Below are positions 19,449-28,662 of a stretch of DNA of 40,823 bases, piece after piece (within the stretch, counting starts at the first letter, position 1; the number at the start of each line of letters is the position of its first letter). The notes beneath the pieces were generated by a model. The model was not told where the DNA came from. It saw only the letters and a list, made by a program, of their open reading frames with translations, and made no database searches. Source of the DNA: a virus. Its lineage: Duplodnaviria; Caudoviricetes. The stretch spans positions 1 through 40,823 of the IMG/VR virus record IMGVR_UViG_3300020042_005535. The stretch is one strand, 5' to 3'. Both the position numbers and the translations under genes were made by a program.

Positions 19449-20519
19449 TTAGGACGCGCCGCCGGCAATGCAGCCGTGGGCGGGGAACTTGGTGAGAACC
19501 ATCTGGTGGTGCAGCTCGACCTTAGCGGTCACCGCATCCTGCTGCGCGATCTGGTCGGTGAAGTCCGAGATCGTCATCTTCTGGATGTGGATCAGCTCGA
19601 GGTAGTCGGTGTTGATCATGTAGACCACACCGGTACGCGGGTCGAACTCGCTGCCGCCCGGCGCCACGAAGTCCGTGGTCAGGTCGATGAGGTTCGACGC
19701 GTACACGCCGCCCACGCCGATCACGTCCTGAATGAGGTTCGACTTGTCCGTGTTCTCGGGCAGAGCCGTGAGACGGACGAGGTCGAGCTTCGCGTTCTGG
19801 TAGTTACCGAAGGTGTCGTCGTCCATCACGATGATGTCCGGGCCACCGTTGGGCTTGCCGCTGTACTGCGCGCACTGACGGTACAGCTTGCGGATCTTGG
19901 TGATGCCGTCCGTCGCGAACGCCGTGATCTGCTGCGCCTGGTTGAAGTGGTAGTTCGCAGCCGACTTCACCACGTTCTGCACGGTCTGCGTCTGGTTCGC
20001 AGGAGCCGCGAAGTCGAGGAGGCCGTTCGTCACGCCCGTACCAACACCAGCCGTGAACTGGCCGTTGAAGGTCGTGAAGCCAGCAAGCTCCGCGCTGTCG
20101 ATCGCGATGCCAGCTGAGCCGCCCGTGAGAAGGTACTTCTCGTAGTCGGTCGTGAAGCCGTCCATCGTCACCTTGGGGTAGGTGTCGATGAGCTTGATCG
20201 CGCCAAGACGGCCCTTGTTCTGCATCAGCTCCTTCTTCGGGATGTTGATGGGCAGAACGACGCGGTGAAACTCCACCTGGTACTTCGCGCTCTTCTTGTA
20301 CCGGGTCATGTCCAGCGTCTCATCGCCGTTGAAGATGCCGGTGCCGCGGGCGGGCGAGCCGGACATGATCGGGCGCTCGATGAGCGTGCCGCCGTCAGCG
20401 GAGATGCGGCCCTTCTTCTCGAGGGCACGGAAGGTGGGAACGTTCTGGTAGAACGCGCTGACCATCGGACCCTTGAGGTCCGCGAGGGTCGTGTTCAGAA
20501 GCTCGATAGAAACCGACAT
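19449..20519 (-). CDS. Major capsid protein (HK97 fold)
   Basis: 356 aa after the scaffold gene; DGGxxIxxP N-terminal motif, PDIIVM and YMINTDYL; very strong codon bias. Confidence 0.9.
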   Translation of the reverse strand: MSVSIELLNTTLADLKGPMVSAFYQNVPTFRALEKKGRISADGGTLIERPIMSGSPARGTGIFNGDETLDMTRYKKSAKYQVEFHRVVLPINIPKKELMQNKGRLGAIKLIDTYPKVTMDGFTTDYEKYLLTGGSAGIAIDSAELAGFTTFNGQFTAGVGTGVTNGLLDFAAPANQTQTVQNVVKSAANYHFNQAQQITAFATDGITKIRKLYRQCAQYSGKPNGGPDIIVMDDDTFGNYQNAKLDLVRLTALPENTDKSNLIQDVIGVGGVYASNLIDLTTDFVAPGGSEFDPRTGVVYMINTDYLELIHIQKMTISDFTDQIAQQDAVTAKVELHHQMVLTKFPAHGCIAGGAS

Positions 20520-20567
20520 GAGCGTATGCTCCTGTGGAGAGAGGAAGAGGAGAAAGACTACTCGCTC

Positions 20568-20624
20568 GCCTTCCCATCCAGAGGAGCCTACCGTGCTTGC
20601 GCCTACGATGCTTCCGGTGGGGGC
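20568..20624 (-). promoter_or_regulatory. Structured 5' leader of the MCP mRNA (long bulged hairpin, GCAA tetraloop)
   Basis: CCCA-CCGGA-AGC-ATCGT-ag-GC-GCAA-GC-ACGGT-ag-GCT-cc-TCTGG-a-TGGG pairing read by eye. Confidence 0.55.
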
Positions 20625-20631
20625 TACACCA

Positions 20632-20678
20632 ACCGTAAGCAGCAGACGGACATTCTGTCAAGCACCGGACAGAATGTC
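20632..20678 (-). promoter_or_regulatory. Sigma70-type promoter for the MCP, overlapped by an 11-bp inverted repeat
   Basis: TTGACA (20661-20656), 18-nt spacer, TACGGT (20637-20632); GACATTCTGTC-N8-GACAGAATGTC at 20649-20678. Confidence 0.6.
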
Positions 20679-21546
20679 ACTCATCATCGATGTCGCCCAT
20701 CGCCTGCGCACGTAGCGACCGGATGGCGTCATCATACGACGTGAACTCGCGCGAGGACTGCGTCGTAGTTGGGTTCGGTCGCGTACCCGGTGCGGTCGTG
20801 GCGCGGATGCTCGGCGGCGGCTCGATCTTACGAGGACCAAGGGGCTGCACTGGCGCAGGCATGATCACACGCGTCATCTTCGCAGCAGCATCACTGTCGA
20901 AGCCAGACTCGATCAGCTTCAAGAAGTGCGAGAACGCACCGCTCTCTACGCCGTTCTCATCGACCGAGTAGTCGTTGTAGATGTCGGGGTAGTCGCTCTT
21001 GAACTTGTTGTCGAAGTATTCGGCTTCCTTCGCCGCAACCTGCTCCTCGTAGGTGACGAGTCGAGTCTTCCACTCGTCTCGCTCACGTTCAAGCGCAGAG
21101 AGCGTTCCGTCCTTCTCGGACAGCGCCTTGGTGAGACTCTCGATCTTCGCGTTCAACTCAGAGGAGGTGTCGTCAGAACCAAGGAGACGCTCGACCCACG
21201 CGCTGTGGTCCTTCGCCTCGACAACGCTCTTCTCGAGCGCAGCCTTCTCCTGCTGCCAAGACTGCTGCCCACGCTTGAACTCATCGAACTTCGTCTGGTA
21301 GCCACGCTGCCAGTTGCCGTACTTCGACTTCAGCCCACCTTCTACGGACGAACGAACAGTGTCTGGCAGGCTTGCCCACCACGGCTGAGACTTGAGACTC
21401 TCAAGCTCGCCATTCCATGAGGCGGCATCCTCGCCACCTGTCGTCGTAGATGCGGCAGGAGAAGCGTCACCGCTCCCGGTTCCAGATGGCGAGGACGCAT
21501 CCTGCTCACCCGTATCCTGCACGACCTCACTCGTGTTCGTTTCCAT
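20677..21546 (-). CDS. Capsid scaffolding protein
   Basis: Acidic disordered N-terminus, YQTKF motif, coiled coil and C-terminal helix; directly upstream of the MCP. Confidence 0.8.
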   Translation of the reverse strand: METNTSEVVQDTGEQDASSPSGTGSGDASPAASTTTGGEDAASWNGELESLKSQPWWASLPDTVRSSVEGGLKSKYGNWQRGYQTKFDEFKRGQQSWQQEKAALEKSVVEAKDHSAWVERLLGSDDTSSELNAKIESLTKALSEKDGTLSALERERDEWKTRLVTYEEQVAAKEAEYFDNKFKSDYPDIYNDYSVDENGVESGAFSHFLKLIESGFDSDAAAKMTRVIMPAPVQPLGPRKIEPPPSIRATTAPGTRPNPTTTQSSREFTSYDDAIRSLRAQAMGDIDDE

Positions 21547-21598
21547 GCTTCTCCTCGTACTGGTGGTGTGGGCGGTGTCAGTCCCGCCCGTTCAGAGA

Positions 21599-22027
21599 CT
21601 ACATGCCCATCCGCATGCGGTAAGCCTTGGCCTTGCTATCGTCTTCCATGCCGTCCTCGGCCATGTCGGACATCTCGGCTTCCTTCTTCATCTTCATCAT
21701 CTTCATCCCGACAGAAGGCATCGCCTCCTCCTCGGTGGGCTCCTCAGCCATCTCGCCCTTCGGCGGGAGGTTGGCCTTCATCATCACCACGCGAACGATC
21801 TCAGGATCCTTCAGCATGGATGCCAGCTCCTCAGGAGAGCGGCCCTTCGTCTCGTCGCTGAGCTGCGCCGCCACGAAAAGCGTCTTCGCGTCGATGTTCA
21901 GGTTCATCGACTTGATCGCATCGGTGATGGCCTGGAGCTTTCCCTCGGCATCGGCCTTATCGACCGTGGCCTTGAGGATCTCCTTGAGCTTCGCGGTCAT
22001 GCCGCCGTCGTCTTCTTCGTACTTCAC
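21599..22027 (-). CDS. Hypothetical Met/Lys/Glu-rich head-module protein
   Basis: GGAGG RBS; GTG start overlaps the upstream stop. Confidence 0.7.
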   Translation of the reverse strand: MKYEEDDGGMTAKLKEILKATVDKADAEGKLQAITDAIKSMNLNIDAKTLFVAAQLSDETKGRSPEELASMLKDPEIVRVVMMKANLPPKGEMAEEPTEEEAMPSVGMKMMKMKKEAEMSDMAEDGMEDDSKAKAYRMRMGM

Positions 22028-22452
22028 TGTGACCTCCCAAAGTGACGCCCGCTGATGGGGTCGTAGCCGTTCTTGCGCTCACGAACGATCTCGGCCCACT
22101 GCTGGCTGTCGATCCCTCGAGCACGTCGCGCCTCCCATGCCCGATGCTTGTGGAAGTCTGCACGCTCGTGCCTATCCGAGTTGCTGACCTCAACGATCTT
22201 CTGACCCGTGTTTCGCTCGACCACCGCCTTGTAGGCAGTCCAGTCCTCGCGAGTCTCGTAGGTCACACCGTCATGGGTGAGAGGCTTCCACATGCCGACC
22301 GTCGTCGCGACCGATGCCCCCTGCGGATACCACCCGTTCTTGCGGGCCTTACCGCACTCCGGACATGGGGGCGGTCCCTCGGAGCGTCGGTACAGAACGC
22401 CGATCTCCCAATGACCGTCTTCGCAGTTGAGGTCGAACGTGATGAAGCTCAT
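22024..22452 (-). CDS. FmdB-like zinc-ribbon protein
   Basis: CEDGH...CPECG; position after the portal, as is common in such phages. Confidence 0.7.
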   Translation of the reverse strand: MSFITFDLNCEDGHWEIGVLYRRSEGPPPCPECGKARKNGWYPQGASVATTVGMWKPLTHDGVTYETREDWTAYKAVVERNTGQKIVEVSNSDRHERADFHKHRAWEARRARGIDSQQWAEIVRERKNGYDPISGRHFGRSQ

Positions 22453-24149
22453 GCCATTGCCTCTTCGCTAGTGATGGGTTCAGCCGCCTGGTCAGCGATA
22501 GCCTGCTGCTGCGGCGGCATCTGTGCTGCCGGCTCTGCGATACCCTGCGCCTGAAGGAGTGCAGCAGCGTCCTGCGGAGTGGCCGCGGGAGCCGGTGCAG
22601 ACAAAGGAGCAGGACCGCCGCCAGCACCAGGAACCGGCGCAGCGCCTTCCTTCTTGAGCAGACGCGGGGAGAGTTGAAACACTTCGAGGAACTGCTTGGT
22701 GACCTCGACCGTGTCGATGAACGGATTGTTGAGCAGGAACTCCATCGCGGACTTGAACTGCTCCTGAAGCACAGCCCGGTTGCTCTCCATCGGGGAGTAC
22801 GGCACCACCTTGAACTTCACGCGCACGCCCTCGAGCGTAGACGGGTGGATGGGCTCTGCGTCGGAGTAGCCGGTGAACTCCACGATCTTCTCTTCCTGCA
22901 TGAACTTCGTAGCGAGGAAGGCGATCTTCTCAGCACACTCGATCGTCACCGTATCGATCTTGCGCTGACGAGCAGACAGACGGTTGCGGATCTGGCCTTC
23001 GATGAGGGCGAGCTCCGTTGCGGTACGGGCCCCGGTGACCTGACCGCGCTGTGCATCCGCAAGAGCAGACACGGTGGCGATGCTCTTCTCAAGCGAAGCC
23101 GCCATCTCAAAGAGCGCACCAGGAGGCTGCGGCATCGGGTACGGGTAGAAGCTGTTCTGAAGCGGCTGACCATTCGTGGTCCGCATGCCGATCATCGACC
23201 CGACCGGCGCCTCTTGCGCGAGGGCCACGTCCTCGCTCTGGAGCGCGGTGCTGTCGTATGCCGTCTTTGGGATCGACAGGCGGGCGATGTTCAGCAGGTA
23301 GGTGCGGATGTGGTTCAGCTCTTCCTGATTGTCGCTGATCAGAGCGATGTCGGAGAGTCCACGGCAGTCCTGCCCGTTGTTGTTGAGCGCGATCACGCTG
23401 TACGGGCAGTACAGCAGCGCATCCTCCATGAGCGGCTCCTCATGGTCGGGATGCATGTGAACGACCCGGTTGCTCTCAACGTCGTACACCTCGTACACGA
23501 TGATCCAGTTCTGCCAGTTCTTGAGCTGCTCGCGGCTGACTGCGGTGCCGAGATCGTAGTTCAACCAGCGGGGGTAGGTGTCGCCCTGAAGGCTGTTCGC
23601 CCAGGGCTTGTACATCCCCTGCGCGATGCGCTCCTTGAGGTCGTCTTCGCTGATGACCGTCGCCTCGATCCAGTACCGGATGTCAGACGGACGCCGTGCG
23701 GTGAGGTCGAAGAAGACCGCTCGCATGTCGCACGCCCGCACCAGCGGAAGATCCTGCTCCTTGTCCCACACCGTCTTCAGAACGCCACGACCGTAGAGGA
23801 CGGCGTCCTGCACCGCGAGGACAAGCTCGCTGTAGTAGTCGCTGGTGTCGAGCGCGAGGTTGACCACGCCCTCTATTCCACGGAGAGCATCACCAGGAGA
23901 CGGGCCACGCGAGAGCGCCGTTACCTGTGGGTTGCGGGGGATCAACGAAGAGAGCGCAGTCTCCACGATCGCGAACGTGAGGTTGATCGAGGTAACGATC
24001 AGCTCGCTCTCGGTAGGACCAGCAGACTCGCGGTCGGTGTAGAACTTCCCCTGGTAGAACCGCAGCAGCCGATCGAAGGCAAGCTTCTCGCTGCTCTTGT
24101 ACGACTCGACGTGACGATGGATCGTGGGAAGGTACTCGTTGAGCTTCAC
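22449..24149 (-). CDS. Portal protein
   Basis: 566 aa after TerL; DAVLYGRGVLK and RGQ...ARTATE motifs of P22-like portals. Confidence 0.9.
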   Translation of the reverse strand: MKLNEYLPTIHRHVESYKSSEKLAFDRLLRFYQGKFYTDRESAGPTESELIVTSINLTFAIVETALSSLIPRNPQVTALSRGPSPGDALRGIEGVVNLALDTSDYYSELVLAVQDAVLYGRGVLKTVWDKEQDLPLVRACDMRAVFFDLTARRPSDIRYWIEATVISEDDLKERIAQGMYKPWANSLQGDTYPRWLNYDLGTAVSREQLKNWQNWIIVYEVYDVESNRVVHMHPDHEEPLMEDALLYCPYSVIALNNNGQDCRGLSDIALISDNQEELNHIRTYLLNIARLSIPKTAYDSTALQSEDVALAQEAPVGSMIGMRTTNGQPLQNSFYPYPMPQPPGALFEMAASLEKSIATVSALADAQRGQVTGARTATELALIEGQIRNRLSARQRKIDTVTIECAEKIAFLATKFMQEEKIVEFTGYSDAEPIHPSTLEGVRVKFKVVPYSPMESNRAVLQEQFKSAMEFLLNNPFIDTVEVTKQFLEVFQLSPRLLKKEGAAPVPGAGGGPAPLSAPAPAATPQDAAALLQAQGIAEPAAQMPPQQQAIADQAAEPITSEEAMA

Positions 24150-25732
24150 GGGTGAATCCCCAATGTCTTACGACGGCGAGGCTTGAAGAGCTTGTCTAGT
24201 GTATCTACCGAGATGGCAGAGGTCTGACCGGGCTTTAGCGTGTGTGTGCGCACGCTGCCCGCTGGGCGCAGACCATATCCCCGCTGCCTAAACATAGCAG
24301 CGGCGATCATCACGGTGATGGCTCGGTCGAAGTGATGCCGTCCATGCTCACCCTTGCCGCGCTTACGGCTCTGACCGTCCCACTGCATGAGCTGGTGGAT
24401 GGTCGCCTTCGTCTTGAGGTGGATGTCGTTCTGACGAAGCTGCTCGACCAGCGTCACGATGGCTGAGCTCTTCCCGGTCGCGGTCATGTAGAAGCCGGGG
24501 TGAGCGGAGTTGGTGTGGTAGACCTTCGGGCATCGAGCGGACATCAGTGCCTGAACGCATGCCGGTGCGTTGCTCTCGACCACCACGTCGCAGTCCCACG
24601 CAGCCTGGATCGCCATGATGCGACCAGCAAGACGGCCCGGATCCTCACGACCAGACCATGACATGACCTCGGTGCGGTCCCATGCGTTCCAGAGCGTGAT
24701 GGCGCTAGGGTCACCGTCGCTTCCGTATCCAGCAGGGTCGCACGTCAGCAGGTACGGGACGCTTGACTCGCGCTCTTCGAAGTAGTGCTCGCGTCCATCT
24801 ACGGTGGTGACGGCTTCCGTAAGCATCGGCAGAAGCGAATCGGACGGAAGGACGTTCCCGCTCTCCGTCGTCCATCCGTCATACGGACCATACGGGTACT
24901 TGTGCCGGAACTTGTTCTCGTCCCCGATGAACTCGGTGTCGAGTCGTGCGCGACGGAACGCGAGGTGAGCGTAGGTGATCCCCTCAAGCTCCTCCATGAT
25001 CCGCAGCTCTGTCTGGTCTGGGACGAAGGTCGGGTCGTGGATCGCACAGGTGTCGTCCAGCCACCACTTCAGGAAGACCGGGTGAAACTGGCTGGACCCC
25101 TCGAGCGCCTTCAGCCACATCGTGTGCGAGGTCGTGCCCTGCCTACCAGGCGTGGACTCCATCACGACGCGGGCGTTCTGCCTCTTCGCGACTGACGGGA
25201 AGAAGTGCGCGTTGAAGTTGTCCTGATCGTTGAACTCGTCGTACTCGGTGACGACGACACGGTCGGGGCTGTTGCCGATGGCTGGCGTACCGGTCGCTGC
25301 GGTGATCGCCTTGATGCGCCCACCGTGAACGAACTCCATCTCGCGCTTCGCAGGGTCACGACCAGATCGGGTGGGGATCTTGATCGCATCCGGCAGGTAG
25401 TCGTATGCGTAGCGAGCGCGTCCCCACGCAGTCTCTGCCGTGTCGTACTTCTCTGCGATCAGCACGCCCTGCACGCCTGGGCTGTACATGCACTGACCGA
25501 GCAGGTCGAGGATCATCAGCGTGGTGATCTTCGCCTGACGGTACTTCTTGATCATCACCCAGCGGTGGTTGATGCAGGCATCCAGAACCTGCTGCTGCGT
25601 GGGCGTGATGTTGAGCGACCCGATGCTCTCGTCTTCGCGGACGATGCGGCAGATGCTGATGAACCTGTCTCGCTGCATCGCCGCTTTGATGGCGGCAGCA
25701 TCCAGCGGTGTGGTAGTCCCGTTACGAGCCAT
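24146..25732 (-). CDS. terL: Terminase large subunit
   Basis: QQ adenine motif, KYRQAKITT P-loop, VVVTE Walker B, MESTP motif III, RNase H-like CDPAG / VVESN / HFD. Confidence 0.92.
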   Translation of the reverse strand: MARNGTTTPLDAAAIKAAMQRDRFISICRIVREDESIGSLNITPTQQQVLDACINHRWVMIKKYRQAKITTLMILDLLGQCMYSPGVQGVLIAEKYDTAETAWGRARYAYDYLPDAIKIPTRSGRDPAKREMEFVHGGRIKAITAATGTPAIGNSPDRVVVTEYDEFNDQDNFNAHFFPSVAKRQNARVVMESTPGRQGTTSHTMWLKALEGSSQFHPVFLKWWLDDTCAIHDPTFVPDQTELRIMEELEGITYAHLAFRRARLDTEFIGDENKFRHKYPYGPYDGWTTESGNVLPSDSLLPMLTEAVTTVDGREHYFEERESSVPYLLTCDPAGYGSDGDPSAITLWNAWDRTEVMSWSGREDPGRLAGRIMAIQAAWDCDVVVESNAPACVQALMSARCPKVYHTNSAHPGFYMTATGKSSAIVTLVEQLRQNDIHLKTKATIHQLMQWDGQSRKRGKGEHGRHHFDRAITVMIAAAMFRQRGYGLRPAGSVRTHTLKPGQTSAISVDTLDKLFKPRRRKTLGIHP

Positions 25733-25744
25733 GCGCTACCTTAT

Positions 25745-26164
25745 CTACTTCTTCGTCATCTTTCCACGGGCGAGAGCAGTAGCGACTCGCTTCTGCCGAC
25801 TACCGGGGAGAAGGTCGTTGTCCTGCGTGTACTTCGGATTGCGAGGGCTACCGGTCTTCAAGAGATGAAGGAAGGCATTCACGCGAGCCATTGCCCACTG
25901 CTGCCGGCTCTTCACCACCGGGCTGTGGCTCTGACTGAACGCACCGGCTCCGCGCCGCCACACTGTCTTCAGCATGCCGAGCGTAGCCTTCTTGTCAGAG
26001 TCCTTGTTGTGGTCGGACACCTTCTGCTCGAGCGAGGCGACGATCTCATCGCTGAGCTGGATGCCTTCGTTCGCAGAAGAGGCGCTACCAGCAGGGTTTG
26101 CCTTCGACCCGGTGATGCGCTCGGACGGCTTTGCTGGCGTATCGGACTTCGGCGCCTTCTCCAT
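25745..26164 (-). CDS. Conserved phage protein (VWRRGAGA...SHSP...QWAMARVNAF; DUF5824-like)
   Basis: GAGG RBS before ATG at 26164; family resemblance is from memory only. Confidence 0.75.
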   Translation of the reverse strand: MEKAPKSDTPAKPSERITGSKANPAGSASSANEGIQLSDEIVASLEQKVSDHNKDSDKKATLGMLKTVWRRGAGAFSQSHSPVVKSRQQWAMARVNAFLHLLKTGSPRNPKYTQDNDLLPGSRQKRVATALARGKMTKK

Positions 26165-26208
26165 GTTTTTCACCTCTTAGTGGCGACCTAGCGTGATGCT
26201 GGTGCGGG

Positions 26209-26277
26209 TGGTAGTCTAGCGCATCCGGCAAAGCACATCCCGTGCAGGTAGGGCTGGAGCCCGTAAGGGTCTGGAGG
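26209..26277 (+). promoter_or_regulatory. Extended -10 promoter and structured leader of the tail-fibre/lysis operon
   Basis: TGG-TAGTCT (26209-26217); TCCGGC/GCTGGA stem enclosing GCAC/GTGC; GCCC-GTAA-GGGT hairpin; GGAGG RBS. Confidence 0.5.
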
Positions 26278-26281
26278 AATA

Positions 26282-26746
26282 GTGCCGTTCATCCGTCGTA
26301 ATGCCATTCACAATGGCGAAGTCACTCCTGTAAAGCTTACCGCCAACGCGTTCAGCGGGACGATCCTCGCGAGTGCCGCGACGTTCAGCGTAAACACCAC
26401 CGCAGCTACGCTGGTGCCTCCGCTCGTCGTTCCCTTTCTGTTCACGGACGGCACGGCTACCATCGAAGTGACGATGCCCTACAAGGTGCGCGTCATCGAC
26501 GTGAGCCACCTCAAGCTCGCGGCGAACGCTGGCGGCGCTAACACTGTGCAGGTTCTGAACGGTGCAAGCGCCGTCAGCGCTGCTGTTGCGGTCAACACGT
26601 CTGACAAGGTTCTCACCACGTCCGGTTTCGACATCGATGACGCGACGATGGAGGTCGCGTCTGGCGGTCTTCTCAAGGTCACCTCTACGAAGGTCGGCAC
26701 GAACAGCGCCTGCATCGTGTACGTCACCGTCCTGCGCGTGGCCTAA
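26282..26746 (+). CDS. Putative virion structural protein
   Basis: GGAGG RBS; Ala/Thr/Val-rich and beta-rich. Confidence 0.6.
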   Translation: MPFIRRNAIHNGEVTPVKLTANAFSGTILASAATFSVNTTAATLVPPLVVPFLFTDGTATIEVTMPYKVRVIDVSHLKLAANAGGANTVQVLNGASAVSAAVAVNTSDKVLTTSGFDIDDATMEVASGGLLKVTSTKVGTNSACIVYVTVLRVA

Positions 26747-27117
26747 TGAGCGCCATTGCCCCGCAGCCCGTCTCGAGGTTGACGGGCACGACGGCTGCTT
26801 CCGGTGCGACGACGCAGACCGCGCTCGTCCTGTCGGATAGCCGCGTGAAGGTGATCATCCGTCGCGTCAAGATCAAGCGTACTGCTGGTACGGCTGCAAA
26901 CTTCACGCCGCGCATCTACAAAGTGAGCGGTGCGACGTCTAGCAGCATCAACCAAGAGTTCCTTGGTAGCGCAACGGCTGTCGCCAGCCTCTTCGACACG
27001 GTCGCAGAGGTGTACGTCTTCACCGATACGAACGGCAAGCTCTACCTTGAGCCTGGCCCTGACGCTGGTGCGGACAACACCTTTGAGTACGAAGTCTACT
27101 TTGAGATCACGAGGTAG
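26746..27117 (+). CDS. Putative virion structural protein
   Basis: TAATG coupling to the upstream gene; beta-rich, 123 aa. Confidence 0.6.
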   Translation: MSAIAPQPVSRLTGTTAASGATTQTALVLSDSRVKVIIRRVKIKRTAGTAANFTPRIYKVSGATSSSINQEFLGSATAVASLFDTVAEVYVFTDTNGKLYLEPGPDAGADNTFEYEVYFEITR

Positions 27118-27119
27118 AG

Positions 27120-27689
27120 ATGTCGCAAGTGCTTCCGGCTCCTGTTGATGGTGGTGGTGGCGGGGCGCCTACCGACGCGCAGTACGTCACCCTGGCGACC
27201 AACGCCACGCTGACCAACGAGCGCGTGCTGGCGGTGACCAGCGGCGACCTCACGCGGACGGACGGCGGCGCCGGCAACAACGTGACCCTCGGGCTCGCTA
27301 CGGTCGGCACGGTCACCCCCGGAGCCTACACCAACGCGAACGTGACGGTGGACGCGAAGGGCCGCGTGACGGCGGCGGCGAACGGTAGTACCGGTGTGAC
27401 GTCGCACCCAGCGCTCACGACGCTCGGTTGGAGCGCCTCGGGCCATACAGGCACGGCTACATCGGTGGCGTGCTTCAACGGAGCGGGCGCAGCACAGACG
27501 GTGCAGGCAACGGCAGACGGACAGGTGTTGCAGCGCATCGGCGGTGTGCTGGTGTTCGCGACGGTCGCGGCTACCGTGGGCATCGGTGCAGCAGACGACC
27601 GCACCCTCGACGTCTGGTACTTTCCTCTCGGTAACGACCTCATCACGGAACCCGAAGGCGCGGCGCAGGGTCCGGGGAGCATCGTCTAA
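27120..27689 (+). CDS. Short tail fibre protein
   Basis: APTDAQYVTL...LTNERVL, GAYTNANVTVDAKGRVTAAANG and DGQVL fibre-shaft motifs. Confidence 0.75.
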   Translation: MSQVLPAPVDGGGGGAPTDAQYVTLATNATLTNERVLAVTSGDLTRTDGGAGNNVTLGLATVGTVTPGAYTNANVTVDAKGRVTAAANGSTGVTSHPALTTLGWSASGHTGTATSVACFNGAGAAQTVQATADGQVLQRIGGVLVFATVAATVGIGAADDRTLDVWYFPLGNDLITEPEGAAQGPGSIV

Positions 27690-28654
27690 TGCCTCTTTCG
27701 ACACTCAACTGGCGCTACGTCGGCCAGGCGAACTTCGTATCGTCCATCAGCAACGCGCACGACGCGCTCTACACGCTCGGCACGTCGGCAACCTACGCGG
27801 ACGGGTCGGCGCGGGTGCCGGGAACGGGCAGCGCGTGGACGTGGAACCGTGAGGTCAGCGGCGTGACCGTCGCGGTCTACGGGGCACCGCCCATCAACGC
27901 GCTGTCGATGTCCTTCATTCTCGCCGGAACGAGCGGAACGGTGGCGTACCCGTTCCTTTCGCCCGATACGGCGACTCTCGCGAACGTCATCGTCTGCGGA
28001 ATGAACCGCGCCTCCGGCGCGTACACGTCGTGGAGCAACGCACAGCCGTTCACCAGCGGCTTCAGCAACTATTGGCGAGCAACTCGTGCGTTTGCCACCG
28101 TCGCCTTAGACAACGTCGCGCTGTGGGAGTCGCAGGAGGCGTGCATCGTCCAATGGACTCGCGTGGCGGGTGGTGAAACGTCCTACGCGGCGTTCGGTGC
28201 CCTCTTCGACCCGCTCTCTACGGCTGCGCTGGATGCGGAGACGGACGGGCGTCGCTACTACTTCGGCGGGGCGGGAAGCACCTCCAACACGTCGGGCACG
28301 TTTTGGACCAACTACTTTGGCGCGGCAGGCGATGGTGGCTTCACGACGCACGGTAGCAGCAACCAAACCGCGCATTTCGGCACGTTCGCGCCGGGGTCCA
28401 CGACAACCGTGCCCGCCTTCCACGCGGAGGCGTTCTCGCCGAACAACGCGCTGCTCACGCCCAGCGGAAACATCGTGCGGCTCCCGTTCGCGCAACTGAA
28501 CGTGTCCGGCAACTTTCTCGGGCAGGGGCGGCAGATCTACGTCGTCAAGGACGCTATCTCGCGGCAGGCGTGGCTCGACGGAGCCACGACGGTCGGGTAC
28601 ATCGTCGGCGCCAGCACCACGGCGCAGGCCGATGCCTGCCTGCTGCTCTACTAG
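27689..28654 (+). CDS. Tail fibre / receptor-binding associated protein
   Basis: TAATG coupling to the fibre gene; G/S/T/A- and aromatic-rich, 321 aa. Confidence 0.6.
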   Translation: MPLSTLNWRYVGQANFVSSISNAHDALYTLGTSATYADGSARVPGTGSAWTWNREVSGVTVAVYGAPPINALSMSFILAGTSGTVAYPFLSPDTATLANVIVCGMNRASGAYTSWSNAQPFTSGFSNYWRATRAFATVALDNVALWESQEACIVQWTRVAGGETSYAAFGALFDPLSTAALDAETDGRRYYFGGAGSTSNTSGTFWTNYFGAAGDGGFTTHGSSNQTAHFGTFAPGSTTTVPAFHAEAFSPNNALLTPSGNIVRLPFAQLNVSGNFLGQGRQIYVVKDAISRQAWLDGATTVGYIVGASTTAQADACLLLY

Positions 28655-28662
28655 GAGGACGA

